A stretch of DNA of 64,000 nucleotides from Felis catus (Eukaryota): contig NC_058369.1 of assembly GCF_018350175.1 (NCBI RefSeq), positions 19,532,001-19,596,000 of the forward strand. Reading direction: 5' to 3'. Positions within the stretch are counted from its first letter, which is position 1. Every line of letters starts with the position of its first letter. Of this stretch, positions 54,252 through 64,000 are shown piece by piece. Both the position numbers and the translations under genes were made by a program. The notes under the pieces are model-generated. The model worked only from the letters and a program-made list of their open reading frames with translations. It ran no database searches and was not told the DNA's origin.

Positions 54252-54938
54252 GTAGGTGGATGCTGCCTCAGTCTCCTTACAGCTTCCTGGGGTTTGGAAA
54301 AAGGGACTCCAGGGTGGTGGCTACCAAGATCCTGCGTCATCAGCCACTCCCCCATGCCTAGACACAGGACACCTGACTGCACTGGTGTCCAACCGTGGCA
54401 CTCAGAGCACTGGGCTGTGCTATTGCATTCAGGATGGTGCTCCTGGCTCACGGGGACTTTGGGCCAGGGGCTTAGTGAAGGGGCTTTGGCCATAACCCCC
54501 TACAGTTTCTATTTTGGAGAGTGGTCAGCCTGGTTTTAGACTTAGTGGAAGCCAGGTTTGAGCACATGGGACAGCAGCTCAGAGCCCCAGGATACCCTGG
54601 ACACAATCTTCAAGCTTCATGTCCTGGGTGCCTTTCAAGATGATGTCCCCTGCAGGCCTATGGTTCTTAGCAGGTGACATTGGCCAAGGTCCCTCTCCTA
54701 CTTACACTAGTGTGGTCCCAGGGAGTCACTATACTTTCTGTGCCTTAGTGGATAAGCTCAGGGTCCACCAGAAAGGACTGTAGTGAGGATTATGTGACAC
54801 AAGGGGATGGCCCAGTGCTGGGCGCTTGGGCAACAAAGGCTGTCACTGCCCTCATTGACATTAGTAAGGGGCTAGAGGCAGGAGGGTGATGGTTCTTGAG
54901 GCCAGTATGTCTTGACCTCCGTGGGTATCTGTCCGCAG

Positions 54939-55091
54939 GAGGAGATGACCAGTGCCCTGGCAACCATGCGTGTGGACTATGACCAGGTGCAGATCAAGGA
55001 CCTGAAGACCTCTAACAATCGACTCCTCAACAAGCGGAGAAAGAAGCAGGCAGGCAGCTCCTCAGCCTCACAGGGCTGCAACAACCAGTAG
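54939..55091 (+). CDS. MAPKAPK3: MAPKAPK3 last coding exon (NES, NLS/p38 docking region)
   Basis: CAG|EEMTSALATMRVDYDQVQIKDLKTSNNRLLNKRRKKQAGSSSASQGCNNQ* (TAG 55089-55091). Confidence 0.97.
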   Translation, partial: EEMTSALATMRVDYDQVQIKDLKTSNNRLLNKRRKKQAGSSSASQGCNNQ

Positions 55092-56327
55092 CTCATGGGG
55101 CCTTGGATGAGCTGGGCCTCTTGGTGTGGCGTATAGATCCGAGTGTGCTGTGGCCCTGACCCAGAGGGCCTGGGGTCATTATTTGTAACAAAAGGATCGT
55201 TTTTTGTTGTGTTTTAATTTGTCACTTGGAACATCAGGATGGGAGACCTTGACTCCAAACCTCATTAGACAGGGCCCAGAGCCTGGGAGTTAGGGAGCCA
55301 CCTGCCTCAGCTGCAGACTTTGGCCAGAGTGGCCCCAGTGAGACATAGGTCTGTTCTGCGCTGGGACATGGCCTTAGACTTCTAGGCTACTGGGGGTTGT
55401 GGCAGGCTTCCCTCCTCCCATGGAGATACCCCCTCTGTAGGGTAGGCAGATGGGCCTGGCCTTGGGAAAGGCATCTGGCCATTGGTTGCTATGGTGACCA
55501 GGGACCGAGTTGCTGTCTCTGAATGCTGAGTAAGAGAGTAAGGGAGGGAGAAGGACCAATGGAGGGTCCACCTCTGCCTCCTTGGAGAGGTTTGTCTCCC
55601 TCACACTACTTGCCCCTCTCAGGATTCCTCCCTTTGGTCTCCTCGAGGCACCAGGGTCAGTCTGCCTGCCTCGCTGGGGGTTCCAGCCCTATCTTGCTGC
55701 AACCCCATCCCACAGGCCCCTTGGAGCTCTCTCTCTGCAGAGTCCCTGGGCCTAGTGATCCTGTTACTACCCCTTACCCAAAGAGTGGCTTCTCATCTCA
55801 GGTGAGGGTGGGAGGTATTTTTAACCCTTTTCTACTTTGGAAACTGTCACTGTGACAAAAGCCAGCACAGTTCTCCTGCCCCCACCCGCTTACCGGATCC
55901 CAGGCAGGAAAGCTTCTCTCTGTAACAGTTCATCCTCCACCTTGTCCTGGTTGATGGCAGGGACTGTCTCTTGGTGTACTTTTTTGAGGGTGGATGGCTG
56001 AGGACAGGACCAAGAGGCTTCCCGTTAATCAGGAGTCTCTTTCTACACTCCAGGTCAGACCTGAGGCAGTAGAGGGCTGCTGAGTGATGCTTAGAAGGTC
56101 TGGTTCTGGGTCCTGGCTTCAGCCTGAGTGGGACAAGAGAGGACCTTCCTTGCTGGTCCAGGTTTACCCAGGCCCACACTGCCCAGAGTAGCCTCAGGGT
56201 TCTCAGTGCCGGATATGGACCTGACAAGTGCCTGATACACATCCTGGTTCCTGACCCCTCTCTCTGGATGGGAAGCCCTAGACCACATCAGATAGGAAAA
56301 CACCACTGGGGTTTACATCTAGATATT

Positions 56328-56333
56328 AATAAA
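56328..56333 (+). terminator. MAPKAPK3: MAPKAPK3 polyadenylation signal AATAAA
   Basis: Canonical hexamer about 1.24 kb after the stop codon, followed by T/GT-rich sequence. Confidence 0.8.
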
Positions 56334-56820
56334 CACCATTTTGGCATTTTCTCCTGGTTCCTAGGTTTCTCTGTCTACATGAGTGGACCAAAGTGGCCCA
56401 AGGGCAGTTGCTCACACCTACTAGTGACTGCACCCCCTTCAGGCTTGGTAAACATGCCAGGCTGACTCCAGGGCCACTGTGGCCTTGCCAGGCGTGGAAA
56501 GGTCAGAGAAGTGGAGGAATGGCAGCTGTCTCATGCCACCAGCTCTGGGGTGCCCAGTGCACTGTGTGTGTGACACCCACCCCCAGGCCCCGCGTGCACC
56601 AGCGTCTGCCCACAGTGGCCACCCCCAGCTGCATGCCAGCCTGCTGAAGGGCGGGCAGAGAGCCTGCTGCAGCACTGAGCTATTTTCAGAAGCTGCCAGA
56701 TTTCATTTGGCAGCGAGAATGTCGGGGAGGGAAGGGGGCGGGACGCTGGAGACTGTCTTTTGACTATTCCGGCAGCAGAGCACCCTCTGCCCTCGGGAGC
56801 CCTTGTGGGCAGCCTGGGCC

Positions 56821-56840
56821 GGGGGGGGGGGGGGGGGGGG
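56821..56840. repeat. G20 homopolymer
   Basis: Twenty consecutive G. Confidence 0.9.
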
Positions 56841-58465
56841 ACGCTGACTCTGGCATATTCCCTCAGCTCCTATCTTGAAACCTCCCAGTTTTCCAAGAGC
56901 TCATCTGGCACCTGCAGCTCTCCCTCCTCCACCTCCTGTCCCCTCAGGGTATGGAGGAGGGGGGAAGATGGTAGAAGGCAGGGAGAAGCCAGCACTCCTG
57001 AGATATAGACTCCTTCCTAGCTTGGCGACCTTGGACAAGTCCCCAAGCTTTCCCGCCTCATTTCCTCAACTGCAGTGAGGAGGTAGTACCCACCCTTGGG
57101 AGTCATCTGGGGGATCCGGGCCGATGCTGTGTGTGAAGTGCTTAGTGAGCTGCCTGGTGCATGGCTAGTGCCCAGCACTCATGTGCTACCCTAGCGTACT
57201 TAGCCATCAGGAAGGAGAGAAATACTTGAAGTTGCCAGAGGGATAAGGAACCCAGCCCCAAATCTACCTCTGGGACTTCCCGCCCAGAAAATCAGGCTTT
57301 TGCTACCCATGGGGTTTCATTTCCAAGAGCCTGCTCTCCAGAGCAGCATCATATGGGCTTTCTGAATTGCAGTTCCAGTCCTGGGCTTCAAGAAGGGTGG
57401 CCCACCCTTTTGAAGGGCTCCTGGGCTCCCCAGATGAATTCTGGGGGCCTCACGGAACCTGTGGTTCAGACCAACCCTCCTCGTGTACTCTGCCCAGTGA
57501 AATGCCGGCCAGATGCAAAGGCAGATAGTCTTTCTAGTCACAAAGCTTAAGAGCTGCAGACAGACTCCTTTGCTTGGTTGCTGAGTATGCACTGTGCCTG
57601 AGCCCCCGTGCTGGGTGCAAGGAAAGCAGCAGTGAAAGCTGCACACAGGGCTCTCAGGAGATTTATACTCATCGGGAAGAAGGATAAGCTATCACACATA
57701 TGTGCCGAATCACAGGCTCAGTATGATCTGTGAAGAAAGGACGTGGCTTGAGAAGGAGGTGTCATAGGGCCTTTTAAGCCAAAGAGATTAATGCACACCA
57801 GTGGCTAAGGAGGGTGCCTGATTAATTTATAGGATTGAAGTCAGAATTGCAGGGACCAGGGTCTTGGGGACAGAGGGACTCTGTGCCCCTCAGCTCTGAT
57901 TGTCTGTGCTTCTCCCTGGGGCTGGCCTTGATCTTCTGCCTGCATAGCCTTCTTGGCAGCTAAGACTGTGGTTTTAGCAGTCCCAGAGGGGAGGCATCTG
58001 CCAGGTGCCTACACTCCAGACCCAGGGAAGGATTTTTATTGGCCATATGTCACCCATCACTGTTGTGGGGAAGTGGCGGGGGGTGACTAGGCCAGGGGGG
58101 TGCAGCAGAGGTAGTTAGCAAAGGAGAGGGTGGAATGATTGTCCATGTCTACTTGGCCACTTTCAAGAGCCCAAGAGAAGCATGGCTCCTTGATCTCTGG
58201 TATCAGGTATAGCTCTCACAAGCCAGGGCTAGGAGGCTGGATGCCTGGCTAAGTCACACTCTTTGGGCCTCAGTGTGGCTATCTGTGAAATGGGAGCAAA
58301 TGTCTAACAATCAGGTAGAATTAGGTGAACTAAAAAGCCAAGTGGCCACATGTTCTCATCAGCCTGTTCAGATACAGGCATTTGCTTGGCCTGCGTGGTG
58401 GTTTTCCTGGGAGCTTTCAATAAAGAATCAATAGAGGTGTACTCACATGTGTGCATGAATGAATG

Positions 58466-58467
<2 letters not shown>

Positions 58468-58500
<33 letters not shown>

Positions 58501-58548
58501 CAGAGAGAGAGAGAGACAGAGAGAGAGAGAGGTTGAGAGAGAGAGAGA
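58468..58548. repeat. Compound (TG)n(GA)n microsatellite
   Basis: TG run followed by an interrupted GA run. Confidence 0.9.
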
Positions 58549-60122
58549 TTGCTTCCCAGTGATGCTTCCCCTGACCCAGCTGACAGCAGAGTTCTCTGTC
58601 TTGCAAACCTGGTGCTGGCTGGCTTCCAGGAGGCTGGTTCATTGCTATTCCACACCAGCCCCTCTCCACCCTCGATTCAGCCCCTCCAGTGCAGTGTCAG
58701 AATTGAGCCTCAAATGCAGCCAGCCGCAACCTCTGCAGGGGGCTCAGTGCTCCCAGGCCTGCTTGAAACTCTCTCTGGCAGGCATGGGGAGGAAGCATAG
58801 GCCCTGGGTAGCTGTCTCCAGACCTGACTGCCTTGGGCTGAGCCTCTGCATCTCTAGTGGGTCCTCACAGCTGCCCTCAAACCCAGCAGGGTAAAATTCT
58901 TCCCTTTGTCCCACTGGGCACTCAGCATGTTCACCCCTTGGAATTGAGGCCAGCAGGCAGGGAAGGGTCTGGGAAGTTCACTTCCTTCCCTTCAAGTGGG
59001 GTAGGGTGGGGTTGGGTTATTTAGTTTAGAGCCAGGACACCTGAGTTTTGGTTTACATGAGGCCTTGGGCAAGGCTGTTCCACTTTTTGAGGTTCCCCAA
59101 CCTCATCAGTAAAATGAGACATTGATTAAGTAGGGCCAGATCCTTTCTGTACCCTTGGCACACATGCTGCCACCAGTTGATGGCAGATCACACACTTTGC
59201 TGGGTCTCGGTTTTCTTATCTTTTAAATGGGAGTAATCCTCACAAGGGTGGGCAACGTGTGGTGGAAAAGGGGAGAGGGACAGCAAGTCCAAAGGCCTTG
59301 GTCACCAATGTTGCCCAAGTGTCTGCTAGGTGACATGTCAAGGTGCCAGGATTCTGCCAGTTCTGCCCTTTCTCTGTTTTCCATCACCAGGAGAAAGCAG
59401 CTAGAGAGTCAGAAAGTTGGAAACTCAGGGAACCAGTTTGCTGAGGCTCAGAGTAGTTGATCAGGGCAGGTTAATTGGGGTGTGGAGCCACCTGCTGGTC
59501 ACCTGAGTGAGCATTCAGTAGATGCCTACTGTGTGCCAGAGCCTGAAGGAGCTGTGGTCCTGCCCTGGTGGAGGGGGAGGCTACAACATCACAGTGAACA
59601 GCTGCTGTTTATTGAGTGCCTACTGTGTGCCAGGCACACAGGGCTGGGACTTTACATGGACCATCTAAGTCCTCACATTCCCATCTTACAGATGGAAAAA
59701 CTGAGCCCCAAGCTCTTAGTCACTGCTCTTCATACTGGAGAAGGTCAGAGGAAGGAATACTACTTTTGGCTGGGGACAAACATGGAAGGATTCCCAGATG
59801 TGGTGACATGTGAATTTGGAGAGACAAAGATTTTGGAAAAGGGCATTCCAGCTGGCAGGTAGAGGGGGAGGCAAGGTGAGGCAGGAATGGGATATGCTTG
59901 TGTGAAGGATGGAGAACAAGTAGGTTTAGTGGGTGAGAGGCAACCATGGCAAGGAGATCTTTCATTTTTTTAAACCCCATCTCCAACAGGAAGGCAGAGT
60001 GGGGGCCTCAGGGATGAGGCAGTGGGCACCTGGTAGCAGCTTCCCCCTCTTAGCACGCCCAGAGCAATCTCATGTATCCTCCCCTCCCCACATCTGCATG
60101 TGCTTCCCCTAGAGATACGCAC

Positions 60123-60319
60123 AGCTTTTGATGCTAGTTTATCAAACAACCTGTCCACCTCCTCTTTCTGCTGTGGCATTTTCAGGTGGCTCCTGTGTTG
60201 CTTGTCAGGGGCCAGATCTTTTGACACCTGGTTCTCTGGGTCTTCAGGATGTGGTAGAGGGGTCCTAGGGCCCTCCACCCCTGCTTCCAACAGAGCTGAT
60301 TTGTGTACTGGAGTTTCTC
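60123..60319 (-). CDS. Candidate exon of the unrecognised gene (197 nt)
   Basis: TACATCTCAG acceptor, GCT|GTGCGT donor; phase 1-0 frame open: ETPVHKSALLEAG...KMPQQKEEVDRLFDKLASKA. Confidence 0.5.
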
Positions 60320-60419
60320 CTGAGATGTAATTTGAACAAGAGTTTACATGGTTAAAACATTTTTATTGACCACTGAACCAGAGACAAATAAAATGTATCT
60401 CAAATCCTGCAGATAGGCA

Positions 60420-60500
60420 TTGCAATCCCATTTTACAGATGGGAAACCAAGGCTCAGAGTGGCTAAGTGGCTTGCCAAAGTCCACGACTGGGCTCTGAAA
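60420..60500 (-). mobile_element. MIR SINE
   Basis: CCCATTTTACAGATGGGAAACCAAGGCTCAGAGTGGCTAAGTGGCTTGCCAAAG. Confidence 0.7.
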
Positions 60501-61381
60501 TGGCAAACTATCTTCAAGATGGTCCTTGCTCCACTATCCCCATCCTCATAGAGGCCAGACTCCATGAGGACAAGCAGGAAGCAGCTGCCTGCACTGTCTG
60601 GTGGGCTCCAGCCAAGTGCTAAGGGGGAAGCAGTGGTGACCTGTGATCATGGCTCTTATAGGCAGGCTTACTTTCCTCTTTCTTGTGGGGAGTTCAGAGA
60701 AAGTTAGGACAAAGAAGAGGTAATGGGGATGAGGTGGCATTGGGGAGCCTTCCTTATCCCAAAAAACCTGCTTCTGCTGCAGGGACAGTGTGGATAAAGC
60801 AGATTACACCCCCATCCCCACCCCCAGGCTTCATCTGTGTTCACAGCAAACTGATCAGCCCTCAGACCTGGCCGTGATTCTCTGTACAGGAACCTGGTGA
60901 ATCCTTCAGCCACCCCCTGGAGCGGCTCCCCAGTGTCGAGACACTCCCCAGTACACCTTCACTTCCAGCTGATGAGACCTTGGTTCATGGGCCATGTCTC
61001 CCAACCTGGGCTGTTGGGGGTGCATGGAAGGTCTCAGGGCCTGCCATGGAAAGGCCAAGTGAGTGAGGGGGCTGGGCTTCCCAGCTCTGGGCCTAGCCTT
61101 CCAGTCCCATTTTCAGCCCATGTTTTGAGCACCTAGAATGTGCCCGGAATGTCTCATATAAGATCTCCTTTAATTTCTGTCTCTCCATTAGCCCTCTTGG
61201 GCAGAGGTTATGCTCATCTTGCAGGCAAAGTCACTGAAGTTTGAGGAGGACCAGCTTCCCATATGTGGTATGTGGCAGGGCCAGGTCAGAACCTGGAAGT
61301 ATGGGGCTCTATAAAAACCTCCCTAAGAGGAAATCTGTCCTTGCCCAAAGAGCCCCAACCCTGGCTGATTCCTTCCCTGAC

Positions 61382-61496
61382 CTGGCCTGGCTGAGGTGTC
61401 ACAAGCCTGTCCTTTCCTTCTGCTGGTCTTCTGTGCCCCTGGCTGCCAGAGGAAGGGCTCTTGAGGATCACTTCCTATGCCCTCTAACCTCTGAAC
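61382..61496 (-). CDS. Candidate exon of the unrecognised gene (115 nt, phase 0-1)
   Basis: CTCTCTTCCCAG acceptor, CAG|GTCAGG donor; only the phase-0 frame is open: VQRLEGIGSDPQEPFLWQPGAQKTSRRKGQACDTSARP. Confidence 0.5.
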
Positions 61497-61752
61497 CTGG
61501 GAAGAGAGTGCCGGTCCCCTCTCAGGGTGGCTTAAGGTCAGGGCACTTTCCTGAGGATTAGATGGAAGTTGGGCCAGGTTGTGCAGCCTGGGGTATCCTC
61601 CCAGCTCTGCTCTGTGACCTTGGACAACTGTCTTAACTTCCCTGAACCCATGTGGACAAGTGACACTTGTCCCCTAGCCTATGAGACTGCGAAAGGGAAG
61701 GCACAGAGCCCTGTAGAGCTCTCAGCATGCTATAGGTCCTGAAAAATGTCAC

Positions 61753-61918
61753 CTCACACAAGAGACTGTGGGGTATGATGGTGTACAGGAAAGTATTGAG
61801 TCTCAAGCTAAAAGCCTTTAGAAAGGAGGCTATCTTCCTGGGAAACGCTGCCGTCAGAGCTCCTGTCTGATTGAGCTGCCCACCTATCCTCGGGACATCT
61901 TTCTGTCTCTGAACATTC
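61753..61918 (-). CDS. Candidate exon of the unrecognised gene (166 nt, phase 2-0)
   Basis: GGCAG acceptor, GAG|GTGACA donor; NVQRQKDVPRIGGQLNQTGALTAAFPRKIASFLKAFSLRLNTFLYTIIPHSLLCE. Confidence 0.5.
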
Positions 61919-62306
61919 CTGCCAGGCCAGAGCCTAATGGGTTGTGCAGAGGGGCTGGCCAGGGCTGTGGGGGGGAGACACATGAGGTAGAGGAGGCTTT
62001 GTGCAATGGCAACCAGGCAGGTCCAGAGAACTCCTTCTCACAGGGTCATTAAGGATTCCTGTGGGGGCACAAGTCTGGTCACCGCACCAGCCAGATGAGG
62101 GGATGAGCTAACCCAGAGTGCCTAATGTGGGCAAGCCCTCTGGACTATTGGCAGGAGCAAGCTAAGCAGATGGAACTCCTTCTTTAATGACAGAGCTCAC
62201 AGCCAAAGTGGGGTGACAGGGATAGGGGAGTCAGGGAAGGTCTTTGAGAAGGGCACACTCAGCTGAGGAGGAATACAAGAAGTTGGCTATAAGAAGAGCA
62301 GGAGGA

Positions 62307-62516
62307 GGGGCGCCTGGATGACTCGGTTGGTTAAACAACCAACTTTGGCTCAGGTCACAATCTCACAGTTTGTGAGTTCAAGCCCTGTGTTGGGCTCTGT
62401 GCTGACAGCTGAGAGCCTGGAGCCTGCTTCAGATTCTGTGTCTCCCTCTCTCTCTGCCCCTCCCCCTCTTGTGCTCTGTCTGTCTCAAAAATAAACAAAA
62501 AACAAATTAAAAAAAA
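62307..62516 (+). mobile_element. CanSINE (SINEC_Fc2-like) inserted in an L2-like fragment
   Basis: GGGGCGCCTGGATGACTCGGTTGG head, CT tract, A tail; 13-bp TSD AAGAGCAGGAGGA at 62294-62306 and 62517-62529. Confidence 0.95.
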
Positions 62517-62796
62517 AAGAGCAGGAGGAAAGGCATCCCAAAAAGGGAGACTAGCAAGTGCAAAGGCCCTGGGGCTGAAAAGATCTTCAAGTATCTGAGG
62601 AGGAAAAATTAGCATAATGTGCCTGGAGAGTACTATTCTAGGTCAGCCTTCCTTGTACAGAAGTGAGTGTGTGGGCAGCCTTATGGAACACCAGGAAATT
62701 GGAATTTTGGAGGTGTCTTTCTCTAGGCTCTGCCAATGACCATCAGGAATAGGATCTGGCTCAGGACAGCTCAGACAGATGTGAATCAGCCCTCAC

Positions 62797-62990
62797 CTTG
62801 CCTTTGACTCTACAAATAGAATATGAGCTCCTGAGACAGAGTTAATATCTAATTGTTGGCAATCATTTGGATCCACTAAACTGTGGACATAAAGCTTGCT
62901 GGTGTTGTTAACATCAGCAAAGTCAGTGCCCGTGTCTGTTTCTTTAAAGATAAGAAGCAGTAAGACGGCACTTAACTCTGGAGGCAGATT
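62797..62990 (-). CDS. Candidate exon of the unrecognised gene (194 nt, phase 0-2)
   Basis: CCCTATCTCTACAG acceptor, AAG|GTGAGG donor, AT-richer than its flanks; NLPPELSAVLLLLIFKETDTGTDFADVNNTSKLYVHSLVDPNDCQQLDINSVSGAHILFVESKA. Confidence 0.6.
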
Positions 62991-63668
62991 CTGTAGAGAT
63001 AGGGTGCTGCCCTCTGGGCCCAGGAGAGAGGAGCTCGCTTCCAATCAGTGAGCTCCTGTAACCGGGGTTCACTCTTATTAGAGTTATGTGACTGCTCAGG
63101 TGGCAGATCCTGGGGTGAGGGGTTTGCAGAGATTCTCAGCAACAGTTACACACCATAATCTCAACCAGGAGAAGAGAAGGCCCTCCTCTCTCCAGCTCCT
63201 GAGTCAATGCAGGCCTCCAGCCTGGGCTGGGAACACTGCCAAGGGATGAGGGGACCCCAAGGTATTCTTCTCAGGACAGGTACCCCATCTCCTATGCCTA
63301 ACCCTGGAAGATTTTCTTCTTTCTGTGGCTCTTGAAGTCAGGTGGGTTTTCTCAGCTAATTCTGTGGAATAAATCCTGCCCAAATGAAGCAGGGAGGGCT
63401 GCCTGGAGGAGGCAAAGATGCAGTGGGTGGGAGGAGGTTTAGAAGAAAGACAGGAGGCCAGGTTCTGTCCTCTGGGAGGAAGGAGGTCAGAGGTCAGCTG
63501 ACTCATGCAATGCCACACAGAAGGTTAGTAGTGGAGCTGTGGACAAAGGAAGGCTCCCTGGAGATGGCCATAAAGTTGGGGGTGGGGAGGAGGGCATCAG
63601 GATGAGGGGGACCTAGAAGAGCTTGTGGGTTTAGGGCTTCTGATGTTTTCTCCTCAGAGTCCTATTAC

Positions 63669-63838
63669 CTGGAGGGCAAGTGGTGCCTCCTGGGGCCCTG
63701 TACTTTCTCAGCTCCATGTGTGCCCTCCTGGATCGGCCAAACCTAGCCACCCTCCAAGGATGGGAGTGGATCCAGGAACAGTGAAAGTCCATACACGTGT
63801 CGTTCAGACACAGCATTGGGAGCAGTTCTAGATAGGAT
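63669..63838 (-). CDS. Candidate exon of the unrecognised gene (170 nt)
   Basis: CTGACCTTCTCAG acceptor, CAG|GTAATA donor; open frame SYLELLPMLCLNDTCMDFHCSW...PGGTTCPP. Confidence 0.5.
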
Positions 63839-64000
63839 CTGAGAAGGTCAGGGCTGGAAAGCGCCTTATTGTATTTCATTCCCATTTTATAAATGAGAAA
63901 GTTGAGGCTCATAAGCCAGCCTCTTAACTTAGACTGCCTGCTCCCACATGTGCAGCCTCCCTGTCCTCTGGTTTGCCAGCTTCCCTTCTCTGGCCTCAGA

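Larger units (their letters stand above)
56870..63838 (-). pseudogene. Putative unrecognised multi-exon gene or unitary pseudogene (5' end outside the window)
   Basis: Phase-compatible AG/GT-bounded segments: 63838-63669, 63361-63303, (63198-63154), 62990-62797, 61918-61753, 61496-61382, 60968-60868, 60776-60672, 60319-60123, 57458-57268, 56942/56935-56870; some readings contain in-frame stops. Confidence 0.55.

Noticed and set aside
61884..61918. Shorter 35-nt version of the 61918 exon using AG|GTGGGC
   Set aside because: Ends in phase 1 and does not fit the next exon at 61496, which is open only in phase 0; it could only be a minor alternative
56870..64000. Possibility that the minus-strand exon chain is DOCK3
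   Set aside because: The peptides do not resemble the DOCK3 SH3/DHR domains as I know them, and DOCK3 lies on the same strand as MAPKAPK3 in human

Overview
Mammalian genomic DNA, very likely a felid (several tRNA-derived CanSINE/SINEC_Fc insertions). The window holds the complete CISH gene (minus strand, 3 coding exons, 257 aa) head-to-head with the complete MAPKAPK3 gene (plus strand, one non-coding and 10 coding exons, 384 aa). A frameshifted UBE2L3 retrocopy with target-site duplications lies antisense in the large MAPKAPK3 intron, among the usual SINE, LINE, LTR and DNA-transposon relics. Two things stand out. (1) From about 56870 to 63838 there is a chain of 9-11 minus-strand exon-like segments with canonical splice sites and mutually compatible phases. 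It looks like an unrecognised multi-exon gene, possibly a decaying unitary pseudogene, convergent with MAPKAPK3 and continuing past the right edge; I cannot name its protein family. (2) About 8 kb downstream of CISH there is a tight triplet of STAT5-type GAS motifs identical to three of the four CISH promoter sites. Repeat subfamily names are from recall of consensus sequences and were not verified by search.
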